From assembly GCA_001779925.1 (NCBI GenBank), contig MFEK01000016.1, forward strand, positions 142,504 through 206,503: a stretch of DNA of 64,000 nt, given 5' to 3'. Shown here piece by piece: positions 9,860 to 18,460 of this stretch. The notes beneath the pieces are model-generated. The model saw nothing but the letters and a program-made list of their open reading frames with translations, did not search any database and was not told the origin of the DNA. The position numbers and the translations under genes were made by a program. Each line of letters opens with the position of its first letter. Position 1 is the first letter of the stretch. The stretch is from Candidatus Doudnabacteria bacterium RIFCSPHIGHO2_01_FULL_46_14. Lineage in GTDB: Bacteria; Patescibacteriota; Doudnabacteria; UBA920; 2-01-FULL-46-14.

Positions 9860-10414
9860 GTGATGAGTATGACTATTATTTGGTTGACGAGTGAAGGAAA
9901 AGACATTTTGCAGAGGTTTGGTGAAGCCAAGGGGGATTTGAAGAAGGCAAAATTCGAGAATTCGCATTGGCACAACTTTTTGTACGATTTCTCGCATGGA
10001 GAGAATCCTCTGCGATCGCTGCTTGGTGACTTTACCCTGCGAAAGATCCAGCCTTATGACATGCAGGCTCTTATCTGCGATGCTGGACCGCTCGGCATTT
10101 TAGACCCGACTGTTGTCGAGCCTGCATTGCCCATGGGACTTCCAGAGTATTGGGTGGAGAAGGTCACGATGCGAACAACGATCGTAGACAATTTCCGCAA
10201 GGACGGTCGATACAGGTGTCAGAATGGCACAATTGTGGCGATGCAAGATTATGTCTATTCGCCGAATTCCATCGATCTAGTCCAACGACTCTCTGTCCAG
10301 GCCAACACCGTCGCCGCTGCTAAGGATATTCTCCGAGCTTTCTTGGCGGGGGAGTTGTTTCCAGAAGCCGGTGAAGACTTCACTGCGCCACAACAAGAAC
10401 GACCGAATAATTAG
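9860..10414 (+). CDS. hypothetical protein
   Basis: 184-aa ORF with GGAGGT SD, upstream TTGACA and a downstream hairpin. Confidence 0.7.
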   Translation: MMSMTIIWLTSEGKDILQRFGEAKGDLKKAKFENSHWHNFLYDFSHGENPLRSLLGDFTLRKIQPYDMQALICDAGPLGILDPTVVEPALPMGLPEYWVEKVTMRTTIVDNFRKDGRYRCQNGTIVAMQDYVYSPNSIDLVQRLSVQANTVAAAKDILRAFLAGELFPEAGEDFTAPQQERPNN

Positions 10415-10425
10415 TCAGCCTCGAA

Positions 10426-10456
10426 CCGACAGACCTGTACAGTCTGTCGGTTTTTT
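10426..10456. terminator. bidirectional terminator
   Basis: ACCGACAGAC-CTGTACA-GTCTGTCGGT plus T-run between convergent genes. Confidence 0.65.
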
Positions 10457-10463
10457 GCTTTAT

Positions 10464-11942
10464 TTACTTCCTAAACCGTTTCAAAAACTCGATCACCAGT
10501 CGGACCGAGGTGCCGGTGGCGCCTTTGGGGCGGTAGGGTTTTTCGCGAGTGGCCCAGGCTACGCCCGCGATGTCCAGGTGCATCCAGGGGTAATCAACAA
10601 AATGCCGGAGAAAATTGGCGGCGTGGATTGAATCGCCGTAGCGCATGGTGCCGGTGTTCCGCAGATCCGCGAAATCGCTTTTGATGAAAATTTCATAATT
10701 TTTTTCCAGAGGCATTGGCCAGATTTTCTCGCCAGTGGCTTTGGCCGCGGCTTTGAGTGCAGTAAGATGTTTGTCAGTGTTGCCGAAAGCCCCGATAATG
10801 TCATCTCCAAGGGCGACCACGATGGCGCCGGTGAGCGTGGCAAAATCAATTACGAGATCGGGCTCATATTTTTTGGCGTAATCAAGCGCATCTGAGAGAA
10901 TCATTCTTCCTTCCGCGTCTGTGTTTACAATCTCAACTGTTTTGCCGGAGCGGGTGGTAACAATGTCCCCGGGTTTGATAGCCGCGCCGGACGGCAGATT
11001 CTCCGAAGCAGGAATAAGCCCAATCAGATTTACCGGCAATTTCAGCATGGCCGCAGCCTCGATCACTGCCATCACGTCTGCTCCGCCTGACATATCATAT
11101 TTCATTTCTTCCATTTTGTCTGAGGGTTTGATGGAAATGCCGCCGGAATCAAAAGTCAGGCCTTTGCCTACCAGCACCACTGTCGGCAATGATTTTTTTG
11201 GCAGGTATTCAAGAATGATAAATTTCGGCTCCTCATTTGAGCCCTGGGACACGGCGAGCAGACCGCCCATTTTTTCTTTTTCAATGTCTTTTTTTTCGAG
11301 AATATTGACTTTGATCTGAGGGAACTGCTTGCCAATAGCCCTTGCATGTTTGGCTAAATGTTCCGGGGTCGCCACATTCGCCGGATGATTGCCGAGATCC
11401 CGGGCAGTAATCACACTGTTGGCAATCATCCGCCCTTCGGTCAGCCCTTTGTCCGCGCCGCGCTTATCCTTTGCTGCAACCAAGAGTTCAATGTCATCAA
11501 ATTTCGGTTTGTTCTGTTTACTTGTTTTGTAATAGGGAAATTCATAGGCAGCCAAAATCAAAGATTCGCTGATTGCTCGGGCAACCTCATCTGGAGAGGC
11601 TTTAGGAATTTTTGGCATCATTATGGATACTCGCGTGACTGGCAAGGTTTTCAGGGTTTGGGCAGTGATTGAGCATGCTTCGCGCAGTTTTTCCAGGGTC
11701 AGGTCAGCGTTTTTGCCGAGTCCGACGAGAATCATGCGTGGCAGATTTTCCAAACCAAACAGCAGCCGCACTTTGGAGGCTTCGCCGGAAAAATCGCCGG
11801 ACTCGCGCATTTTTTTGATTTGATTAGCGCAAAGCGCGTCGATGATTTTTTCTTCCGGCACGGTTTCTTCCTGCCTCAAAAAAATTATCAGGGCATCGCA
11901 GGTTGTTTGATTTGGTTTTTTCGTTGTCGCGGTAAAATTCAT
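10464..11942 (-). CDS. pepA: leucyl aminopeptidase (M17)
   Basis: VGKGLTFDSGG, MKYDMSG, NTDAEGR, ATLTGA, HLDIAG. Confidence 0.97.
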   Translation of the reverse strand: MNFTATTKKPNQTTCDALIIFLRQEETVPEEKIIDALCANQIKKMRESGDFSGEASKVRLLFGLENLPRMILVGLGKNADLTLEKLREACSITAQTLKTLPVTRVSIMMPKIPKASPDEVARAISESLILAAYEFPYYKTSKQNKPKFDDIELLVAAKDKRGADKGLTEGRMIANSVITARDLGNHPANVATPEHLAKHARAIGKQFPQIKVNILEKKDIEKEKMGGLLAVSQGSNEEPKFIILEYLPKKSLPTVVLVGKGLTFDSGGISIKPSDKMEEMKYDMSGGADVMAVIEAAAMLKLPVNLIGLIPASENLPSGAAIKPGDIVTTRSGKTVEIVNTDAEGRMILSDALDYAKKYEPDLVIDFATLTGAIVVALGDDIIGAFGNTDKHLTALKAAAKATGEKIWPMPLEKNYEIFIKSDFADLRNTGTMRYGDSIHAANFLRHFVDYPWMHLDIAGVAWATREKPYRPKGATGTSVRLVIEFLKRFRK

Positions 11943-11957
11943 ATTTATGTATAGTTG

Positions 11958-13280
11958 TTAATTGATAGGAAGAGGAGGTGCAGCAGCCGGAAGTTCAAAT
12001 GTCTGCTCAGCCACTTTGGGCGGGATATAGGAGGAGTTAAAAGTGATCTCACGGGTTTCCCCATTTTGGATAACCTTACGGCTGACTGTTGATTTTACCG
12101 CGCCGCTTGCCTTTCTGTCAAAGGGGTGAGGCCCGTCAACTATTACCTGCCGGTCGTCTTTGGTCCCGTAAAAATCAAAATACAGCCTTTTGCCTTCGAT
12201 CCTTGTCCAGACAAGCAGGGCGCCCGGCGTGTCATTTACAAATTTCATGTCTTGATAAGGCGAATAGATGGTGGCGTCCAAACCAACCGCGCGCGGCTGG
12301 TCATCGGAAATCCATTCATAATAGTGGACTGCATAAGAATGATTGCGCCGCTGGGTGATCGGCAGTCCGCCAAAAAACGCGGCCCGGAATGCCGTGGTGG
12401 ATACTTGGCAGAGTCCCCCGCCAAACTCCGGGGTGGCACCCTCCGGCTTGATTACCAGTTCCGGTTTAAAGCCATGCTCCGCGTCCACCGGGCCAAGGTA
12501 TTTATTGAAAGAGAATTCCTTCCCCGGCTTGATGATCACGCCATTGTATTTGGAAGCGCCAACGCGAACATTGTTTATGCGCGCCGCGCTGGAACCGGTA
12601 AAATCTGTTTGTCCTGTGGAAACGAGTGTCTTTATGCCAAGGTTATTTAAATCGCCAAGACGAATTTTGGGAGAGCTCTGCTTCATAGGCAGGGAGAATT
12701 CCCTACCTCCTGACAGCAGAGTTTTTTTCAAACCCAAAAGAGCCGCGGCCCGGTCAAGGGTGTAACCGTTTTGGTCTGTAATGAATTTTATTGCCCGCTC
12801 ATCTTCGATGATGAGCTCGGCATCCCGGGCTTCTCGATTGAGCGCTTCCGCTCTTTTAGTAATCCAATCTCCTATCCCTGCGCTGTCGAGATTCTGGCCT
12901 CGGACCACAGCGCGGAAACTATAAGCTGTCCAGGGATGAGCGATGCCGGTTTCGCTAAAAAAATAATTTATTACTGATGACTGGACAATTGGCTTGGCAC
13001 TAATCGTTTGTTTATGCTTCCAAGACTCAAACAGATCTTGCTTGAGCTCGGTTTTTTTGCCTGCTTCGATAACGGTCAGCTGGGACTGTGAATCTTGCAA
13101 GAGAATTTTTCTGCCTGCCGGCGCATCATAGTCCTCATTGTTTTTCGGGGAGCGCAGCCTTACCTCAATATTAAGGCTGATTGTGAGAGCGAGCACAGTC
13201 ATAGCCAAACCCAAGGCTCCGAGCGGGGCGATTATTTTATAGGCTTTCAATGATTCTGTTGTTGGGCTGTTTTTTGACAT
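11958..13280 (-). CDS. VanW family protein
   Basis: N-terminal TM; 'FSFNKYLG', 'GGGLCQVSTT', 'RRNHSY', 'GLDATIY'. Confidence 0.9.
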   Translation of the reverse strand: MSKNSPTTESLKAYKIIAPLGALGLAMTVLALTISLNIEVRLRSPKNNEDYDAPAGRKILLQDSQSQLTVIEAGKKTELKQDLFESWKHKQTISAKPIVQSSVINYFFSETGIAHPWTAYSFRAVVRGQNLDSAGIGDWITKRAEALNREARDAELIIEDERAIKFITDQNGYTLDRAAALLGLKKTLLSGGREFSLPMKQSSPKIRLGDLNNLGIKTLVSTGQTDFTGSSAARINNVRVGASKYNGVIIKPGKEFSFNKYLGPVDAEHGFKPELVIKPEGATPEFGGGLCQVSTTAFRAAFFGGLPITQRRNHSYAVHYYEWISDDQPRAVGLDATIYSPYQDMKFVNDTPGALLVWTRIEGKRLYFDFYGTKDDRQVIVDGPHPFDRKASGAVKSTVSRKVIQNGETREITFNSSYIPPKVAEQTFELPAAAPPLPIN

Positions 13281-13662
13281 GAGTGAAATTTATATGTTTT
13301 GTGTTCGCCGGCAAAAATTTTTTGGCGATTTTCGGCCATTCTATGGCCACAATATTTTTTCTATTTTTTATTATTTCCGGGAAGCCCAAATCCTCAAGCT
13401 CAGCAGCGCTGCGGAGGCGGTATAAATCAAAATGATAAAACCGAAAAAAGGTTTTGGGTATAGGATAGCTATGGAAAATTACAAAAGTAGGGCTTTTTAT
13501 TTTGTGGTTGAGACCGAGACCGCGGGCCAGTCCCTTTACGAAAGTTGTTTTGCCGGAGCCGAGATCGCCCCAAAGAGCGAAGATTCGCCCGCTTTTTATC
13601 GTCTTTCCGATGCCCTCGGCGTAACGCTTGGTGGCTAGTCCGGAAGCCGTAATTTTCTTCAC
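13237..13662 (-). CDS. tsaE: tRNA threonylcarbamoyladenosine biosynthesis ATPase TsaE
   Basis: GDLGSGKTTF, SPTF, HFDLYRL, IEW. Confidence 0.95.
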   Translation of the reverse strand: MKKITASGLATKRYAEGIGKTIKSGRIFALWGDLGSGKTTFVKGLARGLGLNHKIKSPTFVIFHSYPIPKTFFRFYHFDLYRLRSAAELEDLGFPEIIKNRKNIVAIEWPKIAKKFLPANTKHINFTHVKKQPNNRIIESL

Positions 13663-13739
13663 ACCGTTAGCATTAATTTCATTAATTATGAAGGATTTTT
13701 TTACATTCCGTTTAGTACAGAAAATTTCCAGCCGGTGAA
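13658..13739. mobile_element. degenerate MITE-like element (CCGTTAG...CGG family)
   Basis: Ends TTCACACCGTTAGCA ... ATTTCCAGCCGGTGAA resemble the elements at 54931 and 62441. Confidence 0.5.
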
Positions 13740-13825
13740 TCAGTTGTTTAATTTTACCAGAAAAGGTCGCCCTTGACGAGACCCCGGAACTTTATTATAG
13801 TAACCAGATAATTTAATAATTAGAA

Positions 13826-14971
13826 ATGGAACAAAGCCCGCAAAAATCAGTTTTTGACAGTATCAATAAAGCACACCGGATCCTCATCGCTCTGCCGAGC
13901 AATGCAAACGGCGACGCGGTCGGGTCAGGGCTGGCTTTGTATTCGTTCGCCAAAAAACTTGATAAAGAGCCGGAGATTGTGACTGCCAGCCAAACTCTGG
14001 AGCAGTTTTCTTTTCTGCCGCACATCTCCGAGGTGAAGCATGAACTGGAGGCCCAGCAAAGTTTTGTCATCTCTGTGAATACCAGCCAGGCGCCGCTTGA
14101 TGAGCTGTCATATGAGGGGAAGCCGGACCGCGTGGATATTTTCCTCAAACCGAAGACTGGAAAGTTTTCGGCCACTGACGTGAGTTTTAAAAATGCCAGG
14201 TTTCCTTACGAATTGATTATTACTCTGCATGCTCCATCCCTCGATAACCTTGGGGAGATTTACGAAAAAAATACTGATCTATTTTTTGAAACGCCGATCA
14301 TTAATATTGACCATCATCCCAACAATGAATATTATGGCGAGATTAACCACGTTGATCTGACCGCGACCTCGACTGCGGAAATCGTCGCCAGCCTCATTGA
14401 AGAGTTTGAAAGCGGATTGATGGACGAACACATTGCCACCAGCTTGCTCACCGGCATCATCGTCGAGACCAACAGTTTTCAACACATGAAAACCACGCCG
14501 AAAGCTTTTCTCAAAGCTTCTCAGCTCATTGCCCAGGGCGGACGGCATCAGGATATCATCCGTGAACTTTATAAAACGAAGAGCATTTCGCTTTTGAAGC
14601 TTTGGGGCCGAGCTTTGGCCAGGCTGCGCGAGATCAAGGAACTCTCAATGTCCTATTCCTTGGTTAATTTCCAGGACATTGAAAAAACCGCGAGCAAACC
14701 CGAGGATGTTTCCGGAGTGATGAAAGAGCTGATAGCGAACCTCACTGGTTCCAGGATCATTTTGTTTTTGGCGGAAACTGCGCCTCAGCAGATTACGGGG
14801 TATTTTCATCTGCATCCTAGCATCAAAACTCAAATTTTTGCATCTGCCCTTTCCGCGCAAATGCTGAACGGTTCGTTCGGAAAATTTACCCTCAAAGACG
14901 TGGGTTTGCTTGAAGCCGAGAAGGACATTCTCGAGAAACTGACGAAGATAAAAGACCAAATCGCTGCGTAG
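13826..14971 (+). CDS. DHH-family phosphoesterase (NrnA-like), atypical motifs
   Basis: 'NIDHH' motif, 'NGDAVGS', 'TSTAEI', 'GIIVETNSF'. Confidence 0.85.
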   Translation: MEQSPQKSVFDSINKAHRILIALPSNANGDAVGSGLALYSFAKKLDKEPEIVTASQTLEQFSFLPHISEVKHELEAQQSFVISVNTSQAPLDELSYEGKPDRVDIFLKPKTGKFSATDVSFKNARFPYELIITLHAPSLDNLGEIYEKNTDLFFETPIINIDHHPNNEYYGEINHVDLTATSTAEIVASLIEEFESGLMDEHIATSLLTGIIVETNSFQHMKTTPKAFLKASQLIAQGGRHQDIIRELYKTKSISLLKLWGRALARLREIKELSMSYSLVNFQDIEKTASKPEDVSGVMKELIANLTGSRIILFLAETAPQQITGYFHLHPSIKTQIFASALSAQMLNGSFGKFTLKDVGLLEAEKDILEKLTKIKDQIAA

Positions 14972-15052
14972 CGCAAAGCTTATAACTCAGATGTCAGAAC
15001 TACGAACGGTTCTGAGTTTTGCGTTTTTAGTTTTGAGTTGTATACTCAATTC

Positions 15053-16696
15053 ATGGATGAAAAACTAAAAAGTCCGCAAGAAAAAGCGGAAAAAATAAAA
15101 GAAGTCTTTGGCGAGCTCAATAAGAAATTTGAGGAAAATGAGGCTGTGCGTCAGGCCAAAACCTTGCAGGTGCCATATTTTGATCTTCGCCATTTCCCCA
15201 TCGACGAAAATGTGCTCATGGCTGTGCCGGAAGAAGTGGCGGTGGCAGCCAGGGCAGTTCCTTTTTATAAGGAAATCAAAACCCTGAAAATTGGTTTTGT
15301 TGACCCGACCAATAAACATTTGGATACGCTGGTTGGCGATTTGAAAAAGAAAGGGCTTGAGGTGGAACTGTATATGATTTCCGCCAGTGCTTTGGAATTT
15401 GCACTCACACAATACCGCAGGATTTTAAGTACTGCCCCTCATCATGAAAAAGAAATCGAGATTCGGCCCACGGAGGAAAGCACTGCGACCTTGCGCGCTT
15501 TGGACAAGGCTGCGGTATTTCCCGATACTACGGAATTGCTGTCTCTCATCATCGCCGCGGCGATAAGCGCCGGCAGCTCGGACATTCATTTGGAACCGGA
15601 GAAAGAAGTTTTGAAAATCCGTTTTCGCATGGATGGGGTTTTGCAGGAAATTACAAATCTGCCGATGTCTGTTTACCAGCACTTGCTTTCGCGTATCAAG
15701 CTTGCCTCGAATCTTAAACTCAATGTCACGAACGTGCCGCAGGACGGCAGGTTTAGCGTGCACCGCGGTACAAAGAACATCGATTTGCGCATCTCCATTA
15801 TTCCGTCTGCTTACGGCGAATCGATTGTGATGAGGGTTTTGGGAGCCGAAGAGATTTCTGTGGACATTGAAAATCTGGGATTGTCGAAACGCGATATGGA
15901 TCTCTTGCTTGCTGAACTCGACAAGCCGAACGGCATGATTTTAACAACCGGCCCTACTGGGTCAGGGAAAACAACCACGCTTTACGCATTTTTGCGCTAT
16001 CTTAATCGCGGCGGCGTAAAAATTATCACTTTGGAAGATCCGGTGGAATACCAGATTGAAGGCATCACTCAGACACCGATTGATCATGGGGCGGGCATGG
16101 ATTTTGCCAAAGGTTTGCGTTCTATACTCCGGCAGGACCCGGACATTGTCATGGTCGGGGAAATCCGCGATTTGGAAACTGCGGAGACTGCGGCGCAGGC
16201 CGCGCTCACCGGGCATCAGGTTTTATCGACCCTGCACACCAATGATGCGGCTGGCGCCATCCCACGCTTTCTTGACCTCGGAGTAAAGGCCGTGACTCTT
16301 GCGCCAGCTCTCAGCGCGCTCATTGCCCAGCGCCTCCTGCGTAAAATTTGCCAGAAATGTAAAGAAATTTACAAACCGGATAACAAGGAACTTGATCGCA
16401 TTAAGCTCACGATTGCCACAGTTCCGAAAGACCGCATGCCCGAGCATTTAACGTTTTATCAGAGTAAGGGCTGTGAATTTTGTCACAAAATTGGCTATAA
16501 AGGTAGAGTCGGCGTATTTGAAGTTTTTGCCGTAGACGACGCCATCGAGAAATTAATTTACGAATCCGCCTCATCTCAGGATATCAAAAAAGCCGCGCTC
16601 AAAGCCGGCATGATAACCATGCAGCAAGACGCGATCCTTAAAGCCGCTTATGGATTAACAGATTTGGCGGAGGTGTGGAGAGTCACCGAGGAATAG
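15053..16696 (+). CDS. pilB: type IV pilus assembly ATPase PilB/GspE family
   Basis: SDIHLEP, PQDGR, GPTGSGKTTTLY, LRQDPD, VGEIRD, STLHTN, CxxC...CxxC. Confidence 0.9.
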   Translation: MDEKLKSPQEKAEKIKEVFGELNKKFEENEAVRQAKTLQVPYFDLRHFPIDENVLMAVPEEVAVAARAVPFYKEIKTLKIGFVDPTNKHLDTLVGDLKKKGLEVELYMISASALEFALTQYRRILSTAPHHEKEIEIRPTEESTATLRALDKAAVFPDTTELLSLIIAAAISAGSSDIHLEPEKEVLKIRFRMDGVLQEITNLPMSVYQHLLSRIKLASNLKLNVTNVPQDGRFSVHRGTKNIDLRISIIPSAYGESIVMRVLGAEEISVDIENLGLSKRDMDLLLAELDKPNGMILTTGPTGSGKTTTLYAFLRYLNRGGVKIITLEDPVEYQIEGITQTPIDHGAGMDFAKGLRSILRQDPDIVMVGEIRDLETAETAAQAALTGHQVLSTLHTNDAAGAIPRFLDLGVKAVTLAPALSALIAQRLLRKICQKCKEIYKPDNKELDRIKLTIATVPKDRMPEHLTFYQSKGCEFCHKIGYKGRVGVFEVFAVDDAIEKLIYESASSQDIKKAALKAGMITMQQDAILKAAYGLTDLAEVWRVTEE

Positions 16697-16778
16697 ATTT
16701 GGCCCCCGCCCGCAACGCCTGAGCAAGCTCATGCTTGCGATGGCGGGCGGGGAAGTCTGGAGAGTGACTGAGGAATAA
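16696..16778 (+). pseudogene. duplicated pilB 3' end interrupted by a ~47-bp palindrome
   Basis: GATTTGGC[CCCCGCCCGC...GCGGGCGG]GGAAGTCTGGAGAGTGACTGAGGAATAA re-encodes DLA/EVWRVTEE*. Confidence 0.75.
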
Positions 16779-16787
16779 ATCGAAAGC

Positions 16788-16825
16788 AGACTCCCCTCCT
16801 CGTGAGGAGGGGTTAGGGGAGGTCT
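16788..16825. repeat. BoxC/triplex-like repeat
   Basis: CCCCTCCTC-GT-GAGGAGGGG-TTA-GGGGAGG. Confidence 0.85.
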
Positions 16826-17023
16826 AGCGAACGGCTAAACACGTCTGAGCCGTTCACCCCGACATACGTCGGGGTTGACTTTTTTGCGTTTTAACAGTAA
16901 ATTGAACTGCTACGTTTCGCTGTAGCATCACTCGCCAGCAAGCGGCGTGTAGAACAATAGCTTGCAAGGGAAGTAGGTAGCTTATCTCAAAGACCGAACC
17001 CGAGAAAGAAAAAGGGGGCAGTT

Positions 17024-17638
17024 GTGAAAACTATCATCGAAGTCGTCGATGAAACTCAAATCAGATCAAAACTCGAAGAACGTATTAAGGGACCGCAGTT
17101 CCCGTTTTTGAGACTAAACCAGGTTCGGATTCGCGAGAACGATCTGCAGAAAACGGATCTATCATTCGTCCAAGCTGCATTTTGTTTGTCGCAGAGAACC
17201 GATACCGTTAGCGAGGATAATTTTTTATTCCTGGCCGGCAGAATCTTGGAAACACCTGATTTCCTCTGTCTTGACATCGCTGAAAATGGAATGCGATTGC
17301 CAGAAAGTACCGAATGGGCGACCATGCTCGGTGCCCTCGTGATGAGCAAGGGGAATATCACTACTGAAGTGAAAACAGATCCTGCTTTAGTCGCAGACAT
17401 ATTCCGGTCACAGGAGTTTCTCTTCCCCGCGCCTGGCTTGGGTCAGGTCGGAAGAAGCATTCAGGAACAAATCCTTCTTGCGAAGAGTTTTGTCTGGACA
17501 TTGGAAAAAGCCGCGATCCAGTTCGCCAGCATTCTTAGTCTCTATGAGAGTGAAAAAGAGGTGATGCTCGAGATCGCGTCTCGCCTCTGGCCCTACACGA
17601 AATTCGGGCAGCTCTTGACTAAGGCTCATTTGCAATGA
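17024..17638 (+). CDS. hypothetical protein
   Basis: 204-aa ORF, GTG start after AAGGGGG, promoter TTGACT-17-TAAATT at 16875-16903, terminator at ~17669-17708. Confidence 0.7.
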   Translation: MKTIIEVVDETQIRSKLEERIKGPQFPFLRLNQVRIRENDLQKTDLSFVQAAFCLSQRTDTVSEDNFLFLAGRILETPDFLCLDIAENGMRLPESTEWATMLGALVMSKGNITTEVKTDPALVADIFRSQEFLFPAPGLGQVGRSIQEQILLAKSFVWTLEKAAIQFASILSLYESEKEVMLEIASRLWPYTKFGQLLTKAHLQ

Positions 17639-17762
17639 GCTTTTTCCATATATGATCCATTGACGATTAAAACCCCCAAGGAACTTCGTGCGTCCTTGGG
17701 TGGTTTTTATTTCATGAGCCGCACCCTCGCATTTGCGCATTTTTTCAAATCATACTACCATA

Positions 17763-17800
17763 TACTCATAGGATTCTCGGCCGCGAAGTCTGTGAGTAGT
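17763..17800. repeat. 38-bp palindromic repeat, left copy
   Basis: TACTCATAGGATTCTCGGCCGCGAAGTCTGTGAGTAGT; one mismatch to 18390-18427. Confidence 0.9.
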
Positions 17801-17825
17801 AGATGAATTAAGATCCTTAGTAATC

Positions 17826-18398
17826 ATGAATAAAACTCTCAAGCGTATATTAGGCGGGACGGGCAGCCTAGCCCGAGACATTATTGAGTATCTTCGGGAA
17901 GCTCATGAAATGAGCGCTGAAGTGTGTTTTTCCACAACTTTTGGTGCGCGTCCTGGGCGCGCTTATTATAAGAGGCAATCGGTTTACAACACGTTCTCAC
18001 GATTGCAAAAGCAAGGTTATCTGCGAAAGGAAAGGCGAGCTGGTAAGAAGGCAGTCTATAAGCTGCCTACAGTTGTGCGAAAAGAACTGGAGGCATTTGA
18101 AAGATTGACATTAAAGCATCGATCATCAGCCAATTGGGATCGGCGTTGGAGATTGGTGTCATTTGATATTCCAGAAACTCAACATAAATACCGCGATACT
18201 TTGCGCTGGAAATTAAAACGGCTGGGTTTAGAAAAATTTCAACAGAGTATTTGGCTTACCCCGTATCCGCTGGAGGATGATTTTCAACAAATCATTGCCG
18301 AGGGTGGCCTACAAGATTGTGTGTTCATTATTGATACAGACCGTATTCCAAATGAGATAAAATGGCGTCGCTGTTTTCAGCTTACTAACTACTCATAG
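17826..18398 (+). CDS. PaaX-like regulator (wHTH plus Cas2-like domain)
   Basis: 'WDRRWRLVSFDIPETQHKYRDTLRWKLKRLG...QQSIWLTPY' is the PaaX middle (Cas2-like) domain; preceded by a wHTH 'VYNTFSRLQKQGYL'. Confidence 0.85.
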   Translation: MNKTLKRILGGTGSLARDIIEYLREAHEMSAEVCFSTTFGARPGRAYYKRQSVYNTFSRLQKQGYLRKERRAGKKAVYKLPTVVRKELEAFERLTLKHRSSANWDRRWRLVSFDIPETQHKYRDTLRWKLKRLGLEKFQQSIWLTPYPLEDDFQQIIAEGGLQDCVFIIDTDRIPNEIKWRRCFQLTNYS

Positions 18399-18427
18399 GA
18401 TTCTCGGCCGCGAAGTCTATGAGTAGT
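18390..18427. repeat. 38-bp palindromic repeat, right copy (contains the stop codon of the PaaX-like gene)
   Basis: TACTCATAGGATTCTCGGCCGCGAAGTCTATGAGTAGT. Confidence 0.9.
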
Positions 18428-18460
18428 TAAATTATGTTAGGATAAGTAGGATAAAGGGCT

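Noticed and set aside
17763-18427. CRISPR array
   Set aside because: Only two repeats, 589 bp apart and enclosing a gene; no spacer-sized units and no cas1 or effector genes in the window.
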